Of a stretch of DNA of 64,000 nt, positions 1 through 16,477 are shown piece after piece. The DNA is from the human T2T-CHM13v2.0 reference genome, Homo sapiens. Within the stretch, counting starts at the first letter, position 1; every line of letters starts with the position of its first letter. Location: the NCBI RefSeq assembly GCF_009914755.1, contig NC_060941.1; one strand, 5' to 3'. Under the pieces are notes generated by a model. It was not told the origin of the DNA. It did no database searches and saw only the letters and a program-made list of their open reading frames with translations. Made by a program: the position numbers and the translations under genes.

Positions 1-1563
1 AAAATTATTTTCCATAACATCCTCACATCAGAGAGATCTAATTTTCATTCGGATATGTCTTGAGTTTTGTCACAGACTTAAAAGCACATAGCTACGTGGC
101 AAAACTTTTTCTTCTTTTCTTCCTACTAAAGAATGTTGAGTAAAATTTGACATTGCTAAATGTGGTGATCTGACATCATACAGAGAAAGAGTGGTGCTGT
201 AACTTGCCGGCTCAGTTTTCCAGCTGTGATTTATGCTAACCATTAACACGTCTGCAGTTTACAAGTCTATGTCTGCCACCTTACACAGAGACCCACAGCC
301 TGGAACGCAAAGCCACACACAAATGAACCGCACTCTTAGCAGAAAGGTAGAGCTGAATACAAGAGGCACGCAGCGCTTATCCTGGAGCTTGCTAACCATT
401 AACCAAAGGCACTCTTTTATCCCAAACTGTCTGAGGATTAAAAGGGGTTGTAGCTGGCCAACATAAACTAAACTCCAATCATAGAAGAAATGTCAGTAAT
501 TTTTCTTTACCTTTGCCATTTTACAACCTGATTTTAAAAATGTACTTTGATTATAGGATTGCCTATCGAAAGTGGTCTTCCAAAAACCTGTTTTTGAATG
601 GATCATCAGGAAGATTGGGTTCATTCGAAAGGTTCCCCAGCCTCATCTTATTTTTTTTTAAAAGTTTATATTGTAGTTTCGAGATACCTCTGAAATATAA
701 AAGTAGTATTACAAGGTCAGGAAAATAAGGACATATATTGCTTTAAATGTGTGACAAGACCATAAGTTTCAAGAGGGTAAACATCTTCCTTTGGATTTTA
801 CCAAAATTCATTCAAAGCAATTTTTAGATGGTAGAATATTTAAGATGGCTATTTAAATTTTATATTGTGTACAAGTTCAATAAGGGGTATTTTAGAAGAA
901 TTGAAAGACATGAAAAACAAGGGTAGTTTTCTGCCCCAGATTCTGATGAATTTTGATACATTTTTGACAAACATTATATTTCTTCTTTAATGGTGTTCCT
1001 CAAACAAGACAGCTAGCAAAATATTTGAATTGCCACGTATAATGTCACATTTTAATGTAAACATCAAATAAGGTACCAAAATTTTTACTGGAGAGAAAAA
1101 AACCCAAACCTTAAAGCGGCACAATTCTTTATACCACTGGAGAAGAGGGAAGCCAGGTTACAAACATTTACACATGCATAGTGAGAAAAAAAGAATTTTA
1201 CTAAATTCACGCATTTTTAAAATAGTTATCAAGTCTACTAAGCACCAACAATCCTAAAAATTTTTCAGCTTCTTGATTTGTTTAAAAAAAAAAACACACA
1301 CTATCAAATTAACATTAAAAACAAGCTTGAAGTGTAGCTTGTCCAAAAAATAACTAAGTATGCCAACGTTTTTTTCACATTTCAAAAAACAGTGGCATAC
1401 AAAATATGCCTGCAAAGAATGCCTTTAACTCTATCCTATGGTGGATGGAGATTACAACAACACATCATACATAGTCTAAAACTATAAAAGTTTTAGAATG
1501 CAGCATCGTGTCACCAAAAAAAAAAAAAAAAGCTGATAAAACTTATTTAGAAGATGCTGCCCC

Positions 1564-1569
1564 TTTATT
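1564..1569 (-). terminator. Candidate second polyadenylation signal AATAAA
   Basis: tttatt on the + strand, with a long U-tract (1516-1531) about 35 nt downstream in the mRNA. Confidence 0.35.
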
Positions 1570-1821
1570 TTAAAAAAAATTTAAATGAATTTAAGCAAAA
1601 ATAACATACATTTGTACATCAACTGGCCATTTCTGGTACAGAAACCCAGCATGTGGTAATATTATTGAATAAATGTAAATGCTACTTACAATTTTTTTTT
1701 CTTTTTAAATACATTTTAGACAAACTTTTCTTTTTTTTTTTTTTTTTATAGTTGCACAATTAACCTCTTGGCTGCTAGCTTGATGCAAACATATGTAACA
1801 ATACACAAATTTAAAAATTTT

Positions 1822-1827
1822 TTTATT
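1822..1827 (-). terminator. Candidate proximal polyadenylation signal AATAAA
   Basis: mRNA context TGTAG-AATAAA followed by a GU/U-rich stretch (TTTGTGTATTGTT). Confidence 0.4.
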
Positions 1828-2049
1828 CTACATAAAAGCTGTCAAAGTTTTGACACATCAAAAATGCAAAATAATGGAATATACTTTAAAAAAATTAGTT
1901 GCAAGTCTAGCAGCAAAGCAATTAAGTGAGAACATATTTAATATTAAAACAAAGGGAACTGTGCATCTATAGATGAAGTCCAACTACCTTAATTCTACTG
2001 ATACAAACAGAAATTAAAACATTCTCCCTTGAGGGAAAAAAAAAAGTGA

Positions 2050-2433
<384 letters not shown>

Positions 2434-3289
2434 TCATGTGCCTCATTCACTCAGTGTGTCAGAACTGGCTCTCATCTCCAGGAACTCAAGGACAGTATAG
2501 CCACAAGGACAGACACCTTCTGCCATAGAATGCTGAAATCACAACACATCCAACCAAACGTCCCTATCTTATAGACACATAAAACAGCCATGAGAAGTGG
2601 AATAGCTAACATATAAAAACTAAAGTTCAAATCTGAAGGCTTGCTGAAAAATAAAAAACTAGTTTGTGTAACTGTACACTTTGATATTTATTCTAGTAAC
2701 TGCTCATAGTTTGTAAACAGGCACATGCTCTCTCTTAAATAAAAAGGAGCTGCATATCCAGACTCTTGGTCAAAACAGCTTTTATTACTGAGCTAAGTAA
2801 TAGTGCCATGGGATTCCATTTGTTTACAATGCTACCCTTCCTTGTATTATATACTGAGTAACATGGAATAAGGGGTGCGTGTGGAGACTGTAAATGACTT
2901 CACATTTCCTATAATGTGCCTGACTTTCAAGGTCCCTTAAAATTTGACTCCATCCTTCCTAACCAATTTTATTGCTCACTAAACCATAGCTTGCTTTCAA
3001 ATAACTGCTTTTCTTTTCAATCTTTTAAAACTTTATGTAACATTGTACTGGATTATAAACATAATACAAATTCACTGAGGACAATTGGAAAATTTCAGAA
3101 AAGTCCAAAGAAGAAAGTCATTCATACTTCTAAATACCAGAGATAAGCCTTAAGTTGTTGTTTTATTTTTCCCTAAGTACTTGATTTAGAGTATTTCATA
3201 ACTTACTTATGTAATGTCTCATTTTTAGAAATTTTCATTATCACCAATTTTTCTCTTCTCTAGACCGTGATGTTCCAGGTCAATATTTC

Positions 3290-4150
3290 TAAATATTCAC
3301 GGCTCCTTCCTCAGGATAAGTGCCTAGGTGTACAATGGGATGTACGAGCCATACAAATTCATGTATTTCACAGCTATTTCCTCAGGATAAATCCCTAGGT
3401 GTACAAAGTTTCTGACAACTGTGGCCAAACCACTCTGCAGGAAGATGCTGCCCATGTGTACTCAGCCAGCCATATTTGCCCATTGCCTTACCCAATCACA
3501 GCACTGGCATGATAACTGTTTAAAAGCTTAGCCTATTTTATTAAGTAAGTAATTATCTTGTTGTGGTTACAGTTTGCATTTCCTTGATAGCTGGTGTGTA
3601 TGAACAGTTTTCCTTGTTTATTACCTATTTGCAGACTACCTCTGTCCATTATTCTATTGGACATACTATTCTATTGTTTTTTCCTATTATTTTGTAGGCA
3701 CTTTTTACATATGAAGAATACTATTCTTTTGTCATATGTTGCAAATATTTTTACCTGTTTTGTGATTTCCCTTTTAATGTTATTTATAATGCTTCCACTT
3801 TGTCAGCAAATGTTTTAGATTTTACTAAGCAAATCCATGAACTAGTTTCTATGCGAAGTCAGATAAATATTTACATCTTTTTGTGAATCTTTAAGGGTTT
3901 CCTGTTTTAAGTTAAAATTTTATAATCTATCTGCAATTTATTTTATTATGTGGCATAAGGTAAAGATATAACTGTTCATTTATTTTTCCCTTGAATGGTT
4001 AATTAATCATTTATTGAATAATCCATCCCTTCTATACTGATCATACTTTTATTATTACTAAATTCTTTTGTGCATTGAAATCTGTATCTGGGCTTTCTAG
4101 TCTTCCTGTTCCACTGAACCGTGTTTCTATTTCTGTATCAGTATTAAGTT
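3290..4150 (-). mobile_element. Old, degraded L1 (L1M-type) fragment
   Basis: T-rich text resembling antisense L1 ORF2 3' sequence (tttgcatttccttgat, gttgcaaatatttt, ttattgaataatccatccctt). Confidence 0.55.
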
Positions 4151-4689
4151 TTTTGTGGCCCTATAATAAATTGTGTTCTCTGCTCTTTGAAGTCCTCCTT
4201 CTTTACTTTCCTCCTCTACCTCTTTTCAGATAAATTCTGGATATTCTCACAGACCTTCTATTTAATTAAACAGGCAGGTGAGCCATGCTCAGTCTGCTCT
4301 TCCTGCTTTCTCACAGGTTGCTTCTCATATCTGGAATTTGCCCATTTACCCATCCAAAACCTTAAACTGCCTTCTCAATCCAATAAATATTTATTGGGCA
4401 CTTACTATGTATTCACTGCTGTGCTAGACCCATGAAAGTATACAGTTGGTTAGAGCAGCCCTTTGTAAACTTATCATTTTATTGTGGAAATAATATATAA
4501 TATTCAGTCATGGCATGGCTAAATAACAATAGAAGTGGAACAATGAAGGCTGATATGTCCTAAGGGAGTTCTGGGAGAGCCAGGAGGGAATCTACATAGA
4601 GAAGATGAAACCTGGGATGAGTCCTGAAGGATTTAAACAGGTGGGGAAAGACTAGGAGGGCACAGGAGAGACTAGTAACAATCTCTCGG

Positions 4690-5140
4690 TTTCTGTGCTT
4701 TCCCTGCTTCCTTTTAGGTACAGAAACCCCACCCATCACACTAAGCTTAAATTGGACACGTAGTTGCTCAGCTAGTGACTACATTTCCCAGCTTCCCTTG
4801 TAGCTGAGTATGGCTAAGTAACTAAATTTGGCTTAATTAGATATGAGCAAAAGTGTGCATGCAATTTCTGTGTCATCTCTAGCTTGAAGATAAGCCACTT
4901 GCCTTGAAACACTGTCATGGCAGAAACCTAGCTTTGACTATGCAACAAAGACAATCCTTCAGAGGACAGTGGGACACAGTAGAAGGACCTTGGGCCCTTC
5001 AATGACTTTGTGAAGCAAAGCTACTCAGATAGTGTGAACTACCCAATTAGGTGAAAGAAAAATAAGTTTCTATCTTATTTAAGGCACTGTACTTTGGGGT
5101 CTCTTTGGGACAACAGCTTAGCCCTTACCCTAACTGATAC
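4690..5140 (+). mobile_element. MLT1-type (ERVL-MaLR) solo LTR
   Basis: gactacatttcccagcttcccttg...aaataagtttctatcttatttaaggcactg...cctaactgataca, typical MLT1 motifs and a CA end. Confidence 0.6.
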
Positions 5141-6582
5141 AGGTAGAAGAGGACAAGAATGGGAAGCATTTCCTCATTAGTCTCCTCTGAACACGGTAAA
5201 AGGTTAATATTAGACAACAGAGGGCAATAACAACAGAGAGGTGAGTTAGTTCCTCTTGTACAAAGTTTTCTCCCAACTATTCCACCATCTTTAAGGGTAC
5301 AGTGTCTAAACTGCACATTTAGCACTTGGTTTTATGTCCTTTAATATTGATTGTTATTGCTTTATGTATGTTAATCTTATTTCCCAAACTAGATAGCTCC
5401 TTGAGGGAGAGGACCATGCCATCTTTTTCACTGAGCTCTATGAGTATGGCACTCTGCTTGATGGCCCTGTGGTTAGTGGGCCACAGAAACTGTCTCTTCC
5501 TTCCTTGTGTTCATGTCTAGAAGGAAGTGTCCCATTGGAACATACCTGATTTAGATTGGGCTGGATTTCTTTTCCCAGAAATTTCTGTATGTGTATGTGG
5601 GGCGGGGCAGGGGGGTGCAGGTACAGACAGAGAGGGAAAGTGAGACCTTTAGCTAGATTACTTTGGAAACCAAAAGACACTTAAAAATACATAGAAGAGC
5701 AGAGTGATCAGAAGACCAATTTACAAGGAAAAGCAGGACGAAGGAGCAGGTACACAGAGGAAGCCATAGGCCCTGGAGGGAGATGCTGAGACCATCACAT
5801 CTAGTGGCTATTTACCATGGGCCAGGCACTTTGTGCTATGCACCTTCCATGGATTAAACACAGTGACCAGAAAACTATCCGGCTCCCCTCATCAACCCAG
5901 CTGGCTCCCTGGATCTTATTTCCAGTAAAACTGTTTTTACCTGAGCTACTTTGGGTTGGTTTCTGTTTCTTGCAATCAGATGTAGCTTAAGACAATCATC
6001 AAATAGAATGAACTCAGACATTTGATCTTCAGATATTTAGTGAGGTAGCTCTATCCTTGAGTTCAAAATAAGTAAAAAACTGAAACCACAAGAAACCCCA
6101 CTAATATTTCTTTTTAAAACCCAAACCACAATGGTTCATTTCCTCTAAAACACACTAGTGACACCTGATGGAAGCTACTTCACACTCCATATGACAAAGT
6201 TTCAAAACCATGTTAACATCAGCAATACAGCTGTCCAATATAACATAAAACTAGAATTCAGAAGGTGAAAATATTTCACGTTTTAGCTTTAGTATTTTAT
6301 TTATTCAATATGCTAATTTTATAGTACTATTTAAAAATTTTAAAAATTCATAAAATTCTTCAAAATGATTTTAAAGCATTTAATATCTTTCTAGTATATT
6401 TATCACTTTTCCCTTTAAATGTCACTGATTTTGTGAATAAAACAATGGCTTTCAAGAACAATTAGTTTAACAAATATTTCAATATAAGTGTTTTTTGCTG
6501 TCTAAAATAATATATAAAATAAACATGGCTTTCATTGTTCAAGAACTTACTATTTTTATTTACTTTATTAAGACTTATTTAA

Positions 6583-6948
<366 letters not shown>

Positions 6949-7135
6949 TAATTAAATAAATACTTAGAAAATAATAGTTTAGAGGCAGTTTAACCTAATG
7001 CCTACATCCTTGTCTAACCATGAATACAAGATTGCTACTAATTAATCATGTATATATTCCCAATAAGAGAAAACATTCTCTGAAACTATGAATTTCACTA
7101 GTCTTACAACTAATATTTTTCAAAATACATATCTC

Positions 7136-7434
7136 AGCCGGGCACAGTGGCTCACGCCTGTAATCCCAGCACTTTGGGAGGCTGAGGCGGACAGATCATG
7201 AGGTCAGGAGTTCTAGACCAGCCTGGCCAACATGGTGAAACCCTGTCTCTACTAAAAACACAAAAATTAGGCGGGCGCCTGTAATCCCAGCTACTCAGGA
7301 GGCTGAGGCAGGATAATTGCTTGATCCCAGGAGGCGGAGGCTGCAGTGAGCCAAGATGGTGCCATTGCACTCCAGTCTGGGTGTCAAGAGCAAGACTGTG
7401 TCTCAAAAACAAAACAAAACAAACAAACAAAAAA
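7136..7434 (+). mobile_element. Alu (AluS-like)
   Basis: gccgggcacagtggctcacgcc start, (AAAAC)n tail. Confidence 0.95.
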
Positions 7435-8156
7435 CACATCTCTAATCTAAAATTTTCAACCCATGCATTAAAAGAAAATGTCTGCTAAAGTATGTCTTGT
7501 CACCAGGTAAGTGAACAGAAACCAAACATACCTGTGTTGGAGGAGGGATTCCCCACCCTCTGCAGTGCAACTGGGTCACCCCCTTAATTGCACAGAATCT
7601 AGTTTCATTATCTCCTTTCTCCACAAGCATTTACTAAGAGCCTAAAGTGTATTCAGTGTCAAAACGGGAAATTCAAAGTTTAAAAAGGCCAAAGATGGGG
7701 TTTCTATTTTAGGCTTACAGTTTAATTGTAAACTGATATCCATATCAAACACAATCATCTTTTTAAAATTTCAAACCAATATAATATAAACAGTTTTCTT
7801 CAAGCTCAAGAAATAAATCTCTAACTTCAGTAAGAAGTCTCTCATGTGATTATTTTATGTCTGATACCACTACTACAATTCTCTAAAAATAAAAAATTGA
7901 TAAACAAGAAGTTGTGCTTCAGGACACTCGTGATTTGAATTAATTTTTTAATGCTAAACTAAGTGATACTTTCAATTTAAAAATACTACACTCTGTCTCC
8001 AAGCAATGAAGAAAATAATGACTTTATATTTGCAGAAAAGATACCACAAATGACATGAGCATTTGCTCAGGAACTTTCTACCTTATCAGCTTGGGTCAGC
8101 TTTTTATTAATTTCAGCAAAAAGCTATCCTAAAACTTAGGTTAAAAAAAAGAAAGA

Positions 8157-9375
<1,219 letters not shown>

Positions 9376-10081
9376 CTAGCATGGCACATACTCAAAAATG
9401 GGCCAGTTACAGAAACAACAGATTCACATTCTAAAGATGAACAAAATTTGTTTCAAATAAAAAAGTTGATGTTACTGGGCAAAAATTCACCACACAAAGA
9501 TCTCAGACTTGTTCACAAAGATCAACGTCTACAGCATACAAAGAGAAGGAATTAGAGAATTCAAGCAGTATAATTAGTTTCTTTACATTCAATATAAAAA
9601 AGAGAACAGAGGAAAGATCAAAGCGCATTCATCTTTAAGGCTAAAGAGGAAGACTCTAGATTTTCCATCATACAAGTTTAGAGTGTCTTATCCATTCCGA
9701 TCCCTTTCTATGCCTTTTTTGTTTTTTAGCCATGAAGTTCTACAGTTTATTAGAATAAAGGAATAAACAAGGATTCCTAAATCTCAAAATGTCAGACTTT
9801 ACTGGTCTCTCTCGTGGCCAAACTCTATTATATAGCAAATTGTCAACACTTTACTGACAACAAATCCTTGAAAACATTCATCTAACCAGCTCCCACTCAC
9901 CCCCCTCAGCCCTGAAGGAAAAAAACCAAAAAGCAGAAAACAAACTTTTCCCAAACAAAGGTGATTCTATCTATTCAGAAACATGTTTTAAGCTCCATTT
10001 CTTCTTTCAATCACAGGTCAAAATGATCAGTTTCCAAATATGGATATATCTACTAACCTTCTGGACATAAAATATGGAACC

Positions 10082-10360
<279 letters not shown>

Positions 10361-10401
10361 TATATATACATATATTAATATATATATATAAATAAATATA
10401 A

Positions 10402-10432
<31 letters not shown>

Positions 10433-10436
10433 TATA
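10361..10436. repeat. (TA)n/(TAAATA)n microsatellite
   Basis: Seen directly in the sequence. Confidence 0.95.
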
Positions 10437-10496
10437 GAATCAATATAGTCCTAAATTGCACACCTATGAGCTATTAGCATCATTAAATATTGTTCA

Positions 10497-10853
<357 letters not shown>

Positions 10854-11684
10854 CTACACAAAGAAAAAGAACATTTCATAAATCAGTGCACCTTGTGCCA
10901 TAGTCCTCTCTCTTTTCACTCCATAGCAATATCTCACTATATAAAGTAAAAATTGTCAAGAATATACTGTGACTGTGAAACCCTCCCTCCACCCTACTCC
11001 CACCAAAAAGAAAAAGGGCGGGGAAGGGTACAGGCTAGGCTCTGGACATGGTGTCAGAAGACCTGGGCTCAAAACTCAGTTGTGTTCCTCACTGCATAGT
11101 CCTGACAATATATGTCTGATTTCTGATTCTGTTTTCTTATCTGTAGAATATGGGAATTGAAGTAGTTGTTTTCAGTTCTAAAATTCTATTGACATTTTAG
11201 ATAATAGTAGATTAAGAAAAAGCACGAAGGAGCAAATCCGCTCAAAATTAAATGGGTAAAGTATAGGCAGTTGAGTCATGGCCCTCTTGAGCAGAGTCAG
11301 CTATTCTACACTTATCTCTTGGGCCCTTCCTTCATAACATCATAATTTATTTTTCTTTAGACCTGATGGCAAGATGTGATTCCTCCTGTCCAACGTAAGT
11401 ACTCTTGACTGGACTCCACTGCATTTCTTTTAGTCAAACGTCAAATGACACAGCATACTCATTCATTTAGTCAAAAAATATTTTATATGTTTGAAACCCA
11501 ATTAACTTAGTATATTTTCTCCTCCCTAAACTCCCTGTATTTGCACAACCCAAATTCCTTTAACCCTTCCGACAAGATCTATGTGGCAGCCATGTCAAGA
11601 TTTTTTTATAGTTACCCAAGTGCTGTTCAATTTGTTCTTGCCAGATACTTGTGATCAATATTCAGAGTCAATTCTAATGGCAAG

Positions 11685-11905
11685 GCAGTGTAGAGCAGTG
11701 GTTAGGTATCAGCCTCCATCTAAGGCTAGACTGTCTGGGTTAGACTTCAGGCTCTGACTTTTATTGGCAGTGTCACCTTGGGCAACTGATTTAACTTCTT
11801 TGTAACATGAATTACCCACAGTCCCCATATCTTGGGATTGTTGGGAGAATTAAATAAGGATGCATAGCATGTACAGCAGTTCTTGGCACACAGGAAGGGT
11901 TCATT
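11685..11905 (+). mobile_element. MIR SINE
   Basis: gtggttagg...gactgtctgggtt...tgtcaccttgggcaactgatttaacttct core. Confidence 0.7.
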
Positions 11906-13417
11906 GCTATATAATTATTTTAATGTAATATATAAAGATAAGATTCCACGTTCCGTCTCAAATGACAGAATGGGATTGGTGTTTCATTGCCCCTTTCTTT
12001 TTCCTCTTTTCTTTTTTGGATAGCAAATGATAAATCTGCTGTTCAGTCTGTGGTCAGTTATGACTCTCAGAAATTGTACTTTCACCACTGTTGTTAGCAA
12101 TAATTGGAAATCAGGAACTGGAGGCTGGATTAAAAAGAAGGCAGAGAGATGAACTGGCATAACAATAACAGGATGGCTTCTGGAAATATAAAATAGCACA
12201 AGCAGACATTATCAAGCCAATTAAATGTGAAAATTGTGGGGGTAAGCACTGAGAGTATTAAGTTAAAGTAAATGGAACCACTAGGATGTAAACTAGGGAA
12301 GAAAATGGGTCTGGACTGGCTGCCCTTGTGCGGAGAGGCAGGAAAGCCGTGACGAGAGCAATTCTCTCGCTATTAAGTTTTGAGTGCCTCCATTTCCACA
12401 GTCTTAGCTATTGAATGGAGGAAGGCAAGAGGTAGTACTGCCATCTGGTTAATTTCTTTTTTCATATAATTTTATAGATCTGTTTCTAAGCACAGTATCT
12501 CAATTCATCTTTAATTTTACTCTGCTTTAAAGGCAATTGTTTTCAATGGTCAAATCATTATGAATTTGATTTGGTTTTCTAGAATGTTAACCATCCAAAT
12601 TAATTTAGTGTCAACTAGGAATGTAATCAGCACAATTGAAATTTCTTTGTCTAAGGCATTCAATTACGGTAGTGAGTAGAATAAGTAACCTTTCTAAACT
12701 GCACTGTGTGCTCTATGCCTGACAACCCTGGATCACAATGGCTGCGCAGCGTGTCTTTTTTTTTAAATCAAGGTTTGTAATGAAGACAATTAGCTCTTAA
12801 AATTGAAATGTAGTATTTCTTTCTATGACTATCCCCTGAGTGTTTAGTCACAATCTTCAGGGGATTACATTCTAAAGTTTTCATATGTGAATACTAAAGT
12901 ACAAAACTAACGTTGGGTATGGGCTCAGAAAGAGCAGATTATGATAACCATGTCTCCTGGTGATACAGAACACTAAATATACTCTCATGAATTTCAGGCG
13001 TTAACTTTATAAGCCCCTTTTCATTAAATAACGAACATACACAAACCAGTAGTATAAACGATAACCTTTTTACAATGAATAGACATATGAACCAGAAAGC
13101 TTAAAGGAAGAAAACGAAAACTCAGAAAGAAATGGAAGGCTGATATAAGAGAGAATATTCAATTAAACTTTACAGAAAATTTATATCATTTGTATCTTCC
13201 AAACTGAAATCCAAAATAATCACTCAGTTGACATGCACAGCAGGCTCCGGGGAAGTATTGTATAATCTATCTACAGCTATTGACAGAGATAAACATGTAG
13301 ATAAAATATGAAATTCAATTTCAAATTATGTTATGAATATGATTAATTTTTTATGTCAGAAAAGCAAAACCGAAACTGGAAAATTTTTTAATGCTTTTAA
13401 AATTAGATCTATTGGAG

Positions 13418-13421
<4 letters not shown>

Positions 13422-13495
<74 letters not shown>

Positions 13496-13529
13496 CAGAG
13501 AGACAGAGAGAGAGACAGAGACAGAGAGA
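13422..13529. repeat. Compound (TA)n(GA)n(GACA) microsatellite
   Basis: Seen directly in the sequence. Confidence 0.97.
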
Positions 13530-14935
13530 TTGATTGATTTTTGTGTGTTGACCTTGTATCTTGTGACCTTGCTAAATTCACATTAGTTACAGGAATCTCC
13601 CAAGGAATTGGGAGATTCCTTGGGCTTTTTCTATACTGACAACCATGTCATCTGTGAATGGAGACAGCTTCATTTCTTCCCTCCCAATCCCTAATGCCAT
13701 TTATTTTCTTGCCTTATTGCACTGGCTAAGACTTCCAGCACAGTGTTGAAGAGGAATGTTGAGAACAAATGTCTTGCCTTATTCCTAATCTTAGAAGCAC
13801 TAAATCTCTCACCATTAAGTATGATGGTAGCTGCAGAATTGTTATAGATGCCCTTTAACAGGGTGAAGAAGTTCCTTTCCATTTCTAGTTTACCAAGAGT
13901 TTCATCCTGAGTGGACCATGCATTTTGTCAAATGCATGTGGTTTCTATGTCTATTGATATGATTGTGTGATTTTTCTCTTTAGATTGTTAGAATGGTGTA
14001 TTACATTAATTTATTTTCAAATACCACACCAGCCTTGCATTCTAGAGATAAGCCCCCCATGATCATAGTATATTCTTTTCATATATTGCTAAATTCAAAT
14101 GGCTAATGTCTTGCTGAGGATGCTTACATTGATATTCATGGAAGTGGATCTGTGATTTTCTCTGTTTGTATTGCCTTTATCTAGTTTTGGTATCAGAGTA
14201 ATGCTGGCCATATACAATAAATTGAGAAGTGTTCTATTCTCTGGAAAAGATTGTGTAAGTTGGTGGTTTTCTTCTTCACATTTTTGGAGGAATTCCATGC
14301 TAAAACCATTTGGGCCTAGAGATGTCTTTTTTGGAAGGTTTTAATTACAAATTCAATTTCTTTAACAGTTATAAGACTGTCCATATGCCATCTATTTCAT
14401 CTTTGGTGAGGTTTTAAGGAAGTGGTTCATTTTATCTATGTTGCTGAATGTATGTGCACAGAGTTGTTTGTAGTGCTCCCTTATTACCATCCTTTCAATG
14501 TCTACTGGGTCTGTAGTGACCCAGTCTCCTTCCTAATATAGGTAGTTTGTATCCTCTTTTTGTCTTTGTCAATCTTGCTAAAGGTTTATCAATTTTACTA
14601 ATCTTTCCGAACAACTAACTGGGTTTTATTGATTTTCCTTTATTGCTTTTCTGTTTTGAATTGTATTGAATTCTGTTCTCATCTTTGAAATTCCCTTCCC
14701 TCTGCTTGATTTGAATTTATTTTGCTCTTCCTTTTCTAATTTCTTGGGGTATAAGTTTTGATTATTGATCTGAGATCTTACTTCTTTTCTAATAAAGCTT
14801 TTATTAAATTCTAATACAAGCTATAAATTTAAATTCTAATATAAGCTATAAATTTCCCTCTGACATGGCTTGAGCTGCATTACACAAATTAGGACAGGCT
14901 ATATTTCCATTTTCACTCAATGTAAAACATTTCTA
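13530..14935 (-). mobile_element. L1 ORF2 fragment (reverse transcriptase region), degraded
   Basis: ORF remnants ASITLIPKLDK, GIYNNSAATIILNGE and LFNTVLEVLASAIRQE match L1 ORF2p. Confidence 0.9.
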
Positions 14936-16477
14936 ATATTTCTAATGAAGAACCTTCCATTGGTCAAAGATAGGGGACAAGGTGTCAAAATGTATAAGGA
15001 CTACAATAAAGTAAAAATTCAAATACATAATGATATCAAATAATAATATTCAAAGTGAAAAAAGAAGGGGAAAAAAGCCTCAATGGTCATCCTGAGGCCT
15101 GCTAAGGCCTCAATTCATTACTCTGAAAATTGACTAATAAAGGGCAAGGATTAAACATTTATCCTTCCCTTTCTACATAGACTATATTTTAGGTAGTAAT
15201 TAAATATTCAATGAGGAAAAGTTCTCCTTTATAAAAGAAAAATAAATACAAAAGAAATTCAAAGAAGTTTTAAATAATCATTTTGCCATTCTAATGAAAC
15301 AATAGATCTAAGCAACAACCATCAACAGCTGCTAAAATCTGAAAGGTTGCTAGAAATTTTAACGTCAATAGATCAGAATGACATCATCTGATCACTGAAA
15401 CATACTGATCAACTTAACATAGCTAAAGTGGGAAAACTGGATATTATGTACATCTTTAAACATATAATTTAAAATGAGACATTACATACTGCCTGGTAAT
15501 TTTTCACTGAAATATCATAGGTATCTTTCCATGTCATGGACACTCTTATAATATCAGATTTAATAAGCTGCATTTTTTTTCTTCATTTACTTAAAACTAA
15601 TCTATTTAATTTCCCCAAGATTTGAGGAAGAAATCCTTGATTATAGAACACTTAGGGTCTACTAACTTATTTCAATTTAGCTCCCCCTCAAATTATCATT
15701 TTCTGCTTAAAGCAAATACGCTACAGTTTGGTGGATCAGTACAGTTCCCTAGAGAGAAAAAACTAGATGGAGCAAGGAGAGGACTATCACTATAAGACTA
15801 AAAATAATCAATTTATTAACAAGCCAGATAACGTGTGATGAATAAACTGTAGTTTACAACAGTAATATCTGTGGGTTCATATCTATGGGTTCATGTGATG
15901 TAATCTATTGAAAAGCACTTGATAAATTACAAAATCATTTTTTAAAAGCATGATTCCCAGTTAATGGTGGCAACTGGCCCAAGACTCCACTAAAATAATA
16001 ATAAATGAATATTATAGATATACAACAATCAAGACCATGAGCCTCGTCATCAATAGAGGACACATTTCCAGAATACATGGAGACTGGATGGAGGAATGGT
16101 ATCTGTGGAAGAAGAATGAAATTATAGCTACCCCCCAAGAAGGGAAACGATTCACCTAGCAGAATTCCACAGAGGCTTGCCAACTAATATAAAATGAAAG
16201 GAAGATGAAGGGATAAAATTAGGGGGGTTAAATGAAAGTCTATACAGGAAACAGCTGGACTCATACTCCTCCCCGCAACAACAGTGGGACACAGCCAGCC
16301 AGGTACCTACAATACAGACAAAAAGATAAGGAGACAGACAAGCAAAAATCCGGGAAAAACGAAGGGCTCCACATGGATTCAAGCACTAAAAAGTCCCCAG
16401 TGAAAGGCCTGCCAGGCAATACATCCTGTGATATACACAAAACTCCCAAGTTGCTTTTTAGTGAAAGATAATCAAGC

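Larger units (their letters stand above)
1..2049 (-). other. HELZ: HELZ 3'UTR (partial)
   Basis: AU-rich, repeat-free sequence directly after the stop codon, with U- and A-tracts. Confidence 0.85.

Noticed and set aside
5599-5616. GGGGCGGGGC GC-box or G-quadruplex
   Set aside because: Only three clear G-tracts, isolated, with no CpG island, in a probable LTR relic.
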